Shown: piece after piece, positions 11,932 through 25,274 of the stretch
How the letters are laid out: every line of letters starts with the position of its first letter
How positions within the stretch are numbered: the first letter of the stretch is position 1
DNA from: Babesia bigemina
Lineage: Eukaryota
DNA: 64,000 nt
Assembly (NCBI RefSeq): GCF_000981445.1
Contig: NC_027216.1
Span: 1,116,001-1,180,000, forward strand
Direction: 5' to 3'
The notes under the pieces: model-generated
Database searches by the model: none
The model's input: only the letters and a program-made list of their open reading frames with translations
What the model was told of the DNA's origin: nothing
Translations under genes and position numbers: made by a program

Positions 11932-13577
11932 ATGGCGACGGCACGCGGGTATTGGACTGAGCATGTGTCCAAAGATGGAAGGCGATACTTCTTCAATCAA
12001 CAGGTACCATCAATTAATATTCCGTACATGTTATGTGTAGACGAAGAGGTCTCAATGGGAGAAACCAGATGAGCTTAAAACTGATATAGAACGTAAAATC
12101 GAAAGTAACACCAACTGGAAACCGTTCGAAACAGCAGAAGGAAAGACGTACTACTTCAATACCCAAACGCGTCAAAGTGTCTGGGAAAAACCGCAAGAAG
12201 TGCTTCAGATAATACGAGAACATGAACAACAGGAGCTTTCAACGAAAGAAAACGCGAAAACAGCTTTTCTTAGGTGGTTAGAGGAATTTAACTTTACACA
12301 GCGTACCACCTGGGATACCGCGGCACGGCAACTTGAAGCCCATGAAAGGTTGGTGCTGAATCCTTGTATTAAGTAACGCAATACATAGATGGCAAAAGTT
12401 TGCTATGTTAACAAAGGGAGAAAAGAAGCAACTGTTTTCGGAATTCACCAGTCAAACGCAGAGGCGTATACAGGAGGAAATGCGACGCAAACGGGGAATG
12501 GTAGGAGACCTTATAATTAACGAATTGGATAAATGGGAGGATCTCACACCATATACCACCTATGTGGAATTTGCGAAACGATGCAACAAACGGGAATGGT
12601 GGACCTGGGCTGACGAAAAAACAAGAGATGCTCTTTTCCAAGATTGCTTACTGCGCATGGAAAGGGATCTTAAGTGGAGAGAGCGCGAAAGGCGTAAACT
12701 GGCTATGGATAAATTAGAAAATGAAATCGAAGCATCAGCGAACGAAAACGTGCCGGAGTGGTCCAATGTAAAATTGCAATTCTCAGGTTTCGAAGGGCTG
12801 CACCTTCTTGAAGTGCTGGAGTGCCATCGCGAAGTCTTTAAACGTTTGTATCGGGTTAGAGTAAAGGAGGCAGAAAAACGGGCATATAGAGCACAAAGGA
12901 AACGTCGACAGCGTTTTGTATCGTTTCTAGAGGTAAGGTGCAACTGTGATGAAGTGGATGATTGCGGCCACCCGTTGTGGGGCCCTGCACGCATTTTAAT
13001 CGAACCACGGTTACCGAATCAAATTCATTCATCCACTCATATTGATGCAGGATGCAGTGAGTAAAGGCGAAATTCACGGTAGAACAACCTTCGAGGAGTT
13101 CATCCAGGAGCATTCGACTGAGGCCATATACCTAGATATTGTGGGCCAACGTGGATCAACACCTTACGATCTCTTCAAAGAAGTCCAAAAACCTCTCAGA
13201 GTATGTGCTCAAACAGCTTAATTCCTAAAAATGGTAACGCAGGACCAATACAAAAACGAACGGCAAAAAGTAAAATCTCTAATCTCCAAAGGAATTCTAG
13301 ATCGCGGTGCCACTCTGGATGAGTACGTACATCGAATCATACTATATAGTGCCGCAGATATGAGCGCATAGCAATGGAAAATGGTGCCTGTAGCAAGTGT
13401 AATATCCCCCTAATACACGAAAGCTTGCGACGTAACACCAACAAGTCGCACAGACCGCGATCACAAACTCCAGAGGAAGGAGAAATACGTTATAGTCTAG
13501 AAACTGCATCCAGCGATGAATCCCCAAGGTCTTACAGCAGAGTTGGATATCCCAAGCGCCGACGCCGCGACCGTTGA
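11932..13577 (+). CDS. PRP40: pre-mRNA processing factor 40 (two WW plus FF domains)
   Basis: WTEHVSKDGRRYFFNQ..SQWEKP and WKPFETAEGKTYYFN..SVWEKP; FF motifs; GQRGSTPYDLF. Confidence 0.88.
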
Positions 13578-13664
13578 CACGCCATCCCCGACAACGCGCA
13601 CACACACGTTGCTGAACACATTAACCTGAGTTACACGTGTATCAAAATGACTTATCGGATATAG

Positions 13665-15718
<2,054 letters not shown>

Positions 15719-15773
15719 GCCTGGTGAAACACAGAAATCATAATCGGACATTTTATATCATATTATTGCACGG

Positions 15774-17022
15774 TTATTCAGCCGCAATAAATATAGCGGC
15801 GCACGAATGCAGAATCTCGTTAACTGAAAACGTCAGCACGTACGTGACGCAACTTACGTTAAACGCGAGCTTGAACACGCGAAAGCGACGCAATATAATG
15901 AAAAGGCACATGCCCAGGAAAGTAAAGTAACACAACCGCACAGTTCCGTAACGATTGAGCGTCCTGATGAACATAATCAAAAAAAATGAATCACTAACTT
16001 TCGCCTTAAACTTCCAAGCAATCTAGTAGCCGATCCGAAGCGTTGTTTCAATGCTGCAGAGTTCATAAAGCGCGTAGAATATGCATACCAGAAAGTATTT
16101 TCTCCTGACGTACAATGTAATTCGACGACTTTAGCATAGACGACTCAGTGGCGCTCATCTGGCTTATTTGATTCAGCATCATGTTTCGCGTTGCTTTCAA
16201 TTGGAGCACTACCTCAGATTCATCCCCCTCAACGCCGGAACTTATGCACATGTCACCCACATCGTCCTGTTCTGTCGCTCTGTTCATAATCATTTCCAAA
16301 ACATGGGCGCGATTACAATTCGGTTGCCGCACCAGCCTGGGAGACGAACGATGACAGGCACATTGTGTGATAACGTCGCTCATTCCTTGACCACCAACCA
16401 CTCAGCTTATTCTTGTGACTGCATTTTGATGACAGTATACACGCCCAACAAACCGCATTAGACGTCCCACATAAAATCGATGCAGACTCTGAAACTTCAA
16501 ACTGTTGGCTGAAGCTGATTCCTCGCTGTGTAGAAGAAGTTTCCTAAGGATGCCACCGAATGCACTTATTCTTCGCGACACACGTAAGCGAAACTGTAAA
16601 CGTTCAGTAACAACACTCAAAAATATCAAAATAATGAAGATGCATACTCTTGCTGAGTAACGAATACAGGGGGTACCACTTCAAAAACACTTAAATGACA
16701 CCCTCAGTTATTCATTATAACAAATGTATAAAGGGCGAATCTACGACAAGAACACTATTTTTACCTTGTGAATTTGTTGGTGAGTAGTGAAATCGGCATT
16801 GCCCTCACGGAACAACTCCTCCAGGCTTGCATCCAGCTGACACAGCTCATAAACGATATTCTCTCCCAACTCCGGCTGTACTTGCGTTGGGCCATCCCTT
16901 TCACGGAAATAAAGGCTATCCAGCTGCTCGGCCGTTGCAGTTGGCTTGAGATAATCGATTGGGAAATTATACTCCGGAACCATTACCTTCGGTGACATAC
17001 GAACATCATGAAGTGATGCCAT
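15774..17022 (-). CDS. Sec20-like tail-anchored SNARE (spliced)
   Basis: Hand-spliced frame from MASLHDVR to heptad region LKATRNMMLNQISQM..ATRLLGSLRRK and TM CYFTFLGMCLFIILRR. Confidence 0.55.
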
Positions 17023-17482
17023 ATTGTCCTAACAGAACGCTTGCTGACAGTATAAATGGTTTTAATACGTAGCCCAGAACGTTTCGTTATCAATGGATTT
17101 ACTGAGCCTTTGTTGTCTAATCCAATCCGCCTGCAATACTGATACAAGACCAGCAACACATCTGGATAACGATCGTGTCGAATAAATCCCAATAGGCAAC
17201 GTTTCTGCAGCTCTAAAAGACGAGGGAAAGGTCAGTGGATCGGCATCTAAGTTGTTCGTCGCCGAAATCCGCTAGCAAGCCAACAACGAGCGCACTTCCA
17301 TTACACGCATCATATGTGTGTAACCAATACAATTGGCCACTACCAATCGATTGTAAATACGCACAATACGCCTTAAAGCTAAAAAAACGCGCTGGTAGGC
17401 GTACTGTGCATCACGCGGCACCTAATCACGCACATCAGTAGCGTGCGGTGGGATGCAGAGCAGCCATCACCCGTTAACCTGT

Positions 17483-18292
17483 CTACTCATACGCGTAATT
17501 AACTCTTATAAAATTAATCATTTTGGTTTAAACAAGTTGCACAATTCCTGCGTTAGAATTAAAATATACCCAAAGGACGCATACCTGGTACCGATACATG
17601 TCTTTAACGTTCAGAATAACGTCATTCATCAACTCGTTCATCTCCCGTTGGCGGTCGTCCCAGAATATATTACTCATTTCTTGATGACGCATTAATTCAA
17701 AAAGTTGCTGTTCCTTATGTTCCAGCTCACTTTGCAACCTCGAACGTTCAAGTTGGTTTCGCTGGTTGTTTTCATAATAGGTCTTCTTCAGTATTTGCTC
17801 CACATCGAAGTGATCTCTATTCAGACGGTCACAATGTTCCTGCATTGACAAGATAGCATATTCAGCTTCCCTTAGCTTGTCTAATAGCTCTTGCTCTTTT
17901 GGCGCGTCCTAGTATACATGATGACCTTTTGAAATGTAAAAACTAACAGCATGTTCAAACGCAGACGTGTTGTTGTTGTCGTCGGTGCCTGTATGATGGA
18001 TGTGATAACATTGTCTATATATGCAAAATCAAATGTGTGTTAGCACTATCAAAGCCACAATAATGAAGACACATCAGAAAGCATAATCACACATCCATAA
18101 TACGGTACTGTGCTACGTAATGTAGCTTTGCAGAGTGGCGCACGGGAAGAAAATAAATTTGCATACACAAAGTCTGCCCATACCATCCGACGAAGATTCA
18201 GGTGATGATTCGTCACCGCCTCTGCAGCATTTGAGTTGTTCTACCATATAATCCGACCCTTTAGTTGGTTCTCGAACGTGTTTCTGTGACAT
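17483..18292 (-). CDS. hypothetical coiled-coil protein (ends approximate)
   Basis: Exons MSQKHVREP.. and ELLDKLREAEYAILSMQEH..LQSELEHKEQQLFELM joined by GT-AG introns. Confidence 0.5.
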
Positions 18293-18595
18293 TTGTATCA
18301 ATGTTTTGCTCACATACGAGACAATCAGACGGTAAAGAACGAGTTGGAGATTGTGCATGGCACAATGGATCCTTGGTGGAGTTTTCAAGAAACTGAAAAT
18401 ATTTAGTTCACGCATATTCCGTCGCTAATATGAGAATCTTCAACTTAAGGCACCAACCTTGTCATAGTATCCAATGTAAGAACCCAGCATATTAAACTGC
18501 CGGTACACACACCAATCGTAATACGCCACCATTGTTTGCTTAGTTTGGTTTATACAATAGTTTAATCAAATTTACGTGTCAGGTGTTAGCACGCC

Positions 18596-20273
18596 TCACG
18601 CACAACCTTCATAGTTTCCTGGCGCGCGCAGACGGCGGACACCACTATCGCCCTGCCTCGGTAAGATGCCTTCCAAGAGCTTTATAATTTCCAGTTGGCG
18701 TGCCAAGTATTCCGGCAATTGGTAATGTGCCAATCCTGAGCCCTTTTAAAAACTGTGGCAACTTAAACTAACCTCCTGTGTTGTACGGATGCACAGCCTC
18801 ATACGTGCAGGCAAACCCGGGGTGTCGTTCCAAACGTCTATCGTTTGTATACACGTTGAAACTACCTGTCCGATTGGGAACGTTAATATAATCGCTTTCG
18901 ATGTCATCCCCGCTTTCATCGTCAGATAGAAGCGAGAACAGGCGATGATGCTTACGCCCGTATGCAAATGGCCGATCGTAAAGGTACCTGCGGTCTATCC
19001 ACACACGACCACCGCGGCCGATACGGCGGGATATTCTCAAATAACGATAGCTTTTGTTGTCTGGGGTGCAGTCATCCAACTGATACGATGTCCAATAACG
19101 ATTGGGTAGTTGTAACGACTGTAAGCGACCAACACTGGAAGACAAGGGATCTGCCGCGCTTTCCGTCTTGTGCGATCTGCTAGGGTAATTTAAAAGTGTA
19201 TTTTTCACGGAAACTCACTCTGTGCGCATCTTTTTCAACACTCGGGAACGTTTGTTGTCCAGAATACTTCTCCAAAAAGGGCAGACGTAACTCTCATCTT
19301 CCCGCTCCCGACAACGCTGATCAAAAAGGACAACCTCCAATTGCGCTACCATCAACTTCTTATCATCACGTTGGCGCATCTTGTTTAACAGTTTCAGCAC
19401 TTTACGAAACCCGTCAATTATGCGGAAAAGACGCAAAATGCTTTCCACTTTCGTGCGTCGAGGGCGACGCAGCAGCATCTTTTCCTTCGTTCGCGGGCGG
19501 AAAACTGGGAATGCCGATGATTCCCACATCAATGTGACAGGCCAAAGATGGCGGATTAACGGCAACGCGTGATCCGCACGGCGACGGGACCAATAAGCGT
19601 GTACCTCGTGAAGAACAAAAGCCGGTGCCGCATTTCCACTTTCACGTGCCCCCAATAAGGCAATCTCGTAACTGAATGGTTTTTCACGAGGGCACTTAGC
19701 AGATCCTTTCTCGAAGTAATCCATCAAAAGGCAAAACTCGACCTGACATGGATCGAAAACAAAAAAAAATCGCATACCAAACTGAGCGGAGTGTCCGGGC
19801 AACGCGCATTAAAAGACTCCACGAATTGTACATCTTGATTGTACAAACTGTAGTGCACAGAAACTGTTTCAGACAATTTCACACCAATTTGGCTATGACG
19901 ATTTTGCATGAAACGGATGTATTGTTTCGGAAGAACAAACCCCAAATCCTCTATTGCATCATCCTTATGCATAGCTGTAGACGGCACTGTTATTCGATTA
20001 CGCGCCGCCTCAGAAGCATGCTTGGTCTTAGTGATATTGCTCACTTGTCCGTGTAGGACGCAGGCCGTAAGCGCTCCAAGTTCCTCTTGCAGTTCAGAAG
20101 AAGGGTTAGACTTCTCCGCCTCCTAAGTTACAGTATGTAGTGTAATATATTTCATTACTTACTAAAAATGCGTCAAATTCGCCGCGCGATCTCAAAATTT
20201 TGATGCCGGTTGTCAAATTCACCTGCTTTGTTTTAACCGCTCGGCCAGTGGAAGCAGCCGGTGGAAGCACCAT
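18596..20273 (-). CDS. EPL1: Enhancer of polycomb-like (NuA4 subunit)
   Basis: YSLYNQDVQFV, FCLLMDYFEK, VHAYWSRRR..PLIRHLWP, PVFRPRTKEKMLLRRPRR, RRIGRGGRVWIDR. Confidence 0.82.
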
Positions 20274-20732
20274 ACTCTACCAGTCAATGTGATAACATTT
20301 GACTCAAAAAATGCAACATGTGGGTGTTGTGGTCTAGAAAGGACCTTGAATCCGCACCGAGCACAGGAGAAACCTAGACACCCCCATCATCAATGTAGTA
20401 ACTACAAATTGCACAACTGCAGACAGTAATTATGGAATTATTTTATCTCTAAATGCTGTGCAAACCGTGTCTAACGATGAAACAGTGAGCCATTAAACGC
20501 GGAGTCTTCAGACTCTCATCGTTACGACAGCTATATACAAGGTAATCCTGTATGACCCTCTGCTTCTACACACCTGTATTATATTTTAGTTTTACCATCG
20601 TACATTAAATATGGCTGGTGTGTACCATAGAAACGCCGATTGATTTATAAATCTGTACAACGAAAACTTAGCCATCTTCGGACACACATTCGGAGGCTAT
20701 ACACGCAACGTAGGTCAAGCCGCTCATCCGAT

Positions 20733-20740
20733 TATATATA

Positions 20741-20787
<47 letters not shown>
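20733..20787. repeat. (TA)n microsatellite with one interruption
   Basis: Directly visible ~55 nt TA run. Confidence 0.98.
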
Positions 20788-20789
<2 letters not shown>

Positions 20790-20988
20790 CTGGCACATGT
20801 GTCGGTACATTCGCCATATAGATCCATGTTACCTTCAATGAGAGAATTTTCGCTGAGCTACGTATAGACCGCACAAAGGCTAAAGTGCGACGTGAAACCT
20901 CGCACAGTTGCCGCTTTAATTGCTTCAACAGCGTAGTTTGTGTCTATATCGTAAAATAGTTAGACGGTTCGGAGACTTGGAGGTTGCA

Positions 20989-21223
20989 ATGAAGGATTCA
21001 GTAAGCCGATGCTACAACCTTTTTACAATTTGCAGCTGTATATGGGCGCCAGCAATACGGCTGATATTATGCGATGGTGGATAAACCTCAATTTGAAACC
21101 TAGACAGGAATACAACACATTCGTAAACACCAAAGCGGCAGATATCGTGGACCAAATCGCCCAGGTGCGTAGAGCGGTAGTAACTCGAGTTGGAGGCAGC
21201 AGCATACAAACTACAAATTCTGA
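20989..21223 (+). CDS. small three-exon hypothetical protein (~54 aa)
   Basis: MKDS|LYMGASNTADIMRWWINLNLKPRQEYNTFVNTKAADIVDQIAQ|QHTNYKF* with two canonical ~35 nt phase-0 introns (GTAAGC..GCAG, GTGCGT..GCAG). Confidence 0.5.
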
Positions 21224-21557
21224 TGTTGCCGCAAAATGGGTTAAGCCGTTTGGAAGAACACGAAGGGCGCATACAGTGCAGGAAGACGAATGATGTATCC
21301 CTAAGGGTGGTTCGCACGCAGCATAGCACCGTTAGGAAGTGGATTCTCGGTCGAACATAGCTTTAATGTGTATGAAAGTATAACTAAAAAGTATAATGCG
21401 TGGTCAAATTTAGCACTCGGTATGTGAGTCGGACGTTATTTGCCAGTAGCCGACAGCACAGCCATTATCACTGGGGAACACAAGTTCAAAGGACTCTTAG
21501 TATTGCGCGTATAGAAATACTACTATACGACTATTTTGTATTATACCTACAGTATAG

Positions 21558-23477
21558 ATGACGTTAGATAATCTTTCAGAGGGCTATGAAAACAGAATTG
21601 TACTTGGTTGTGACGCTCGCTATGGAAGCACTACGCTTGATAGACACAAGATGGCAGTAGGTGGCTAAATATGTGACTACGTGAGGTCACTTGTACACAG
21701 AATCCGGTCACAATGCCCAGAAATCGCAATTGCGTGGTATAACAGGGCCAAGTGGTAACTATTGAAACTCAGTCTGCATATCTTCGCAGAGCGGTCTCGT
21801 ATGCAACCAATCAAGTGCCCATACCTGGGAACTATCAATAGGCATCTGTTGGACTTTGATTTTGAAAAAGTATGCTCCATCACGCTCTCAAACAAGCATG
21901 TCTATGCGTGTCTCGTTTGCGGGCGCTACTTTGAAGGTGAGCGATGCAGATATAAAGCTGTGTATCATGCTTAGGGAGAGGAAAGAATACCTGCTCCTAT
22001 GTACATGCTCTACAAGAAAGACATTATGTGTTCATAAACCTGCATGACTGCAAGGTCTATTGCCTACCGGAAAATTATCAAGTTGAAGACGCATCACTCA
22101 ACGACATATCGGTAAGTGCCACACTAATGAGAAATTCATCAATACGGCAGTTGTTTCTGAAACCGTCATTTACCAAAGAATACGTGGATTATATAGATTC
22201 CAAAATCGTATATGGAAAGGCGCTGGATGGGACAGATTTTATACCGGGTATTGGAAACCATAAAAAGTTGCAACATCCTACGCAGGGTGTGTCGGTCTAA
22301 ATAACCTGAAATGTACAGACTTCTTCAACGTCATAATTCAGGTATGCCTTTGTAGCAGTTGTGATGCTATTCTGAATCCTGATTGTGTAACGCTGATAAC
22401 AACTCTACCAATGAGGCGACACCGTGATACCAGCACGTGCCTGTATGGAATATTCCGTAGTATATATAGTAAAAATGCAACAGGCGTTATGCTCCGTGGC
22501 GCCCATACGAAACCATCTGCTGCTTCTGGACGTAGAGGTTATACAACCACCAGATAATGTTATAACGGCTCTTGTGGAACTAGTACGGAAAATATTCAAT
22601 CCGAAAAACTTCAAAGGCATTGTTTCTCCCCATGAATTCCTACAAGCAGTAGGAGTTGCGTCGGGAGGTATGTACAAAATCGGAACCCAAGGCGACCCAG
22701 TGGCTCTGATGTCGTGGTTGTTTAACAAAATACATTGCAGGTTGAAGAATAAAAAAAATAATGGTATGTTAAGAGTATTGAATGTAATGGAAGTGTTCAG
22801 CATCGATTATATCAAGCACCTTCGGAGGGCAGTTAATTGTTATGACCCAGGATGAACAGGGATGGAAGGAGGATATTGTGAGCTTCAGAATGCTCAGTCT
22901 GGAAGTCCCAAACGCACCCATATTCAAAAGTGCGCAAGACAAAAACGTGATTCCTCAAGTTTCCATAATCCAGCTTTTACAAAAGTTTAATGGGCGGACC
23001 GAACATGTGTCAGCCAAAGGGCTTATCTGCCGATACAGGCTATGGAAACTTCCGAAGTATTTGATTATCAATGTGAAAAGGTTTACGCGTAATAACTTCT
23101 TCCTGGAGAAAAACCCGACGATTGTGTCTTTTCCTATGAAAAACCTCGATCTTTCCGCCTGTAAGTTGTGATGCCACGGCACAGCCATGTGCAGATGTTG
23201 ATGATCGTGCACCAGACAAGTATCATACGAACGGGAGATATGACCTTGTGTGTAATGTTTGCCATCAGGGAAGTCCAGCGGCCGGGCATTACAAGATCCA
23301 TGTGCTCCATGGACCGTCAGGAGATTGGTTTGAACTGGAGGACCTTCTCGTCACATCGGTATTACCGCAGTTTGTTGCGCAATCAGGTATTCCAATTTTG
23401 TAAAGTATACACTACCACCAGAATCGTACATACAAGTCTACAAGCGGCAAGATGACGAAAGTGGTGCCGCGCCTTAG
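21558..23477 (+). CDS. USP39: U4/U6.U5 tri-snRNP protein USP39/Sad1 (ZnF-UBP plus inactive USP domain); start approximate
   Basis: CPYLGTINRHLLDFDFEKVCSITLS..YACLVCGRYF, YCLPENY, PGCVGLNNLK, EKNPTIVSFP. Confidence 0.93.
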
Positions 23478-23541
23478 AGAGGCTCTGCAAATATAGACGT
23501 ATTCCACTAACGCGGTCTAATTTTTTCTAAATAGATTCAAT

Positions 23542-24947
23542 ATGGTATTTACAGATGATGACGAGGATCAGATTATGTTCGATCTGTACGATGGGCTCGA
23601 CACATTCGCCCAGAAGAAACATGAACGAGCTAATGTGTCGGATACACCTACAACACCTAAAATCGCACAAGACACATGTTCTAATGAATTGGAACATATT
23701 TCCGCCGGTAAATACCAATTCAAAGAACTCGAGGGAGAAAATTTAAGCAGCGGTGTTGCCTGCGAGGCTACCACTCCAGAAGATGAGGACGATGGTTTAA
23801 TATTCCTCGTGGAAGATGATGAACGCGAACCTGAGACGTTTGTTGAACGTCATATGAAATGTTCTAAACCATCAGGGAGATCAAAACTTGGAGGGTGGGA
23901 AACCAAGTACACTAAAAAGGGTAAAACATATTTCACATTTACGATCACTCTGCAACAGATCGAATTATATACATCGGTGCACCAAGCTCAGATTCGCAAG
24001 CTATGGCATCAGTGCAGCCAGTCAAAGAGTGTTTTTGCCTTGTAACTGGAATCCCGTGGTGGATGGATGTGCATGAGTTCACTCATGCAGTGGAAGCTAT
24101 AGGAGGTGTGGTTGCTTTTTCCAAGATTCTTAGTGATCCAACCAGCGGTGTATCCTTGGGATCAGCAGTTGTCGAATTCGTAGACTGCGGTAGTTGCTCA
24201 AGGTTCAGAAACTCGAAGAGCCGATTCGCTATGGCTGAAGTGTCCGATGACATCTTCGAACTGCTCAAAGATTCTTCGCTCTACCGTGAAGGAGTCTTCA
24301 ATCCTGGTGTCCTTAAAAGCATCATGGCTCACCTGGGAATCGTTCGTTGGAAACGTGCAACCGGCCCATCGAGTGACCTATGTCACGAAACAGATTTCGA
24401 GGTGCAACAACTAGACATGATGCAAAATGGTGAATTTCAGGCGGCATCAAAATTTTTTCCATGGCTAAATCTGAACTTGCTCAAACTGATGGGATATGCC
24501 AAGAGAAAAGAACAACAAAATTCAGAAAGCACCCACCATATCGCAAACCATTTAGCGGCTTATAAACACAAAAACAATGTGTTTCAGAACTATTGCAACA
24601 CTATCTTGCCGAACATGACCTTGAGTAATTATATGCAGCATGCCACCAAAGATGTAGGTGAAACAGGAAATTTCCCCTTCCCTTTCGTTGTAAATCCGCT
24701 TGGCCAACAAATGAAAAGCACTTTGTCAATGAGGACGAAACAGAACAACCTGGTACATGATGATCAGGAAACGGCCTCAAGTAACACAAAACGCTCGAAA
24801 TTGGAGTCCGGTAGGAAAGAAAAGGGGGGAGAAAAGTGGAGAGATTGTTCTACAAGTCCATCAAGAAGACGACCATCACCATTTAGAAGCTCTAAGCGGA
24901 ATAACTCGCATCATAGAAAGGAAAATCGTAGACAGGACCGACGATGA
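23542..24947 (+). CDS. RRM protein with basic RS-like tail, CPSF6/CFIm68-like
   Basis: Acidic N-terminus with DLYD, LVTGIPWWMD..DPTSGVSLGSAVVEF RRM, Arg/Ser-rich C-terminus. Confidence 0.6.
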
Positions 24948-25274
24948 ATGTAGTATAATCTATGGTTTAGTGTATAAAAGATTACTATGCGTATCCGGTG
25001 TGACCGTTTCCATGTAATGTGCCATGCTTGTTTTGTATAAATGTTTGAGTCGATTACCGCACGAACGTCGTTGCGGGTTATGTGGCAATTGTGCAAAAAC
25101 AGTTCAGAAGTTGCAACAACAATCCGCAGGTACTATAAACAAGTATGTGCTAAATCCAATTATTGGTTAATGTTTCAGCCAAACATAAGTGCTTCTAACT
25201 GATATTGTGCGATGTTGTTTATACGGCCCACGAGAAGCGGTTTAACATTTATGGTAAAACGCAATAACAATGCA

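Noticed and set aside
20640..20928. ORFs with YIYIYI repeats
   Set aside because: Artefacts of the TA microsatellite
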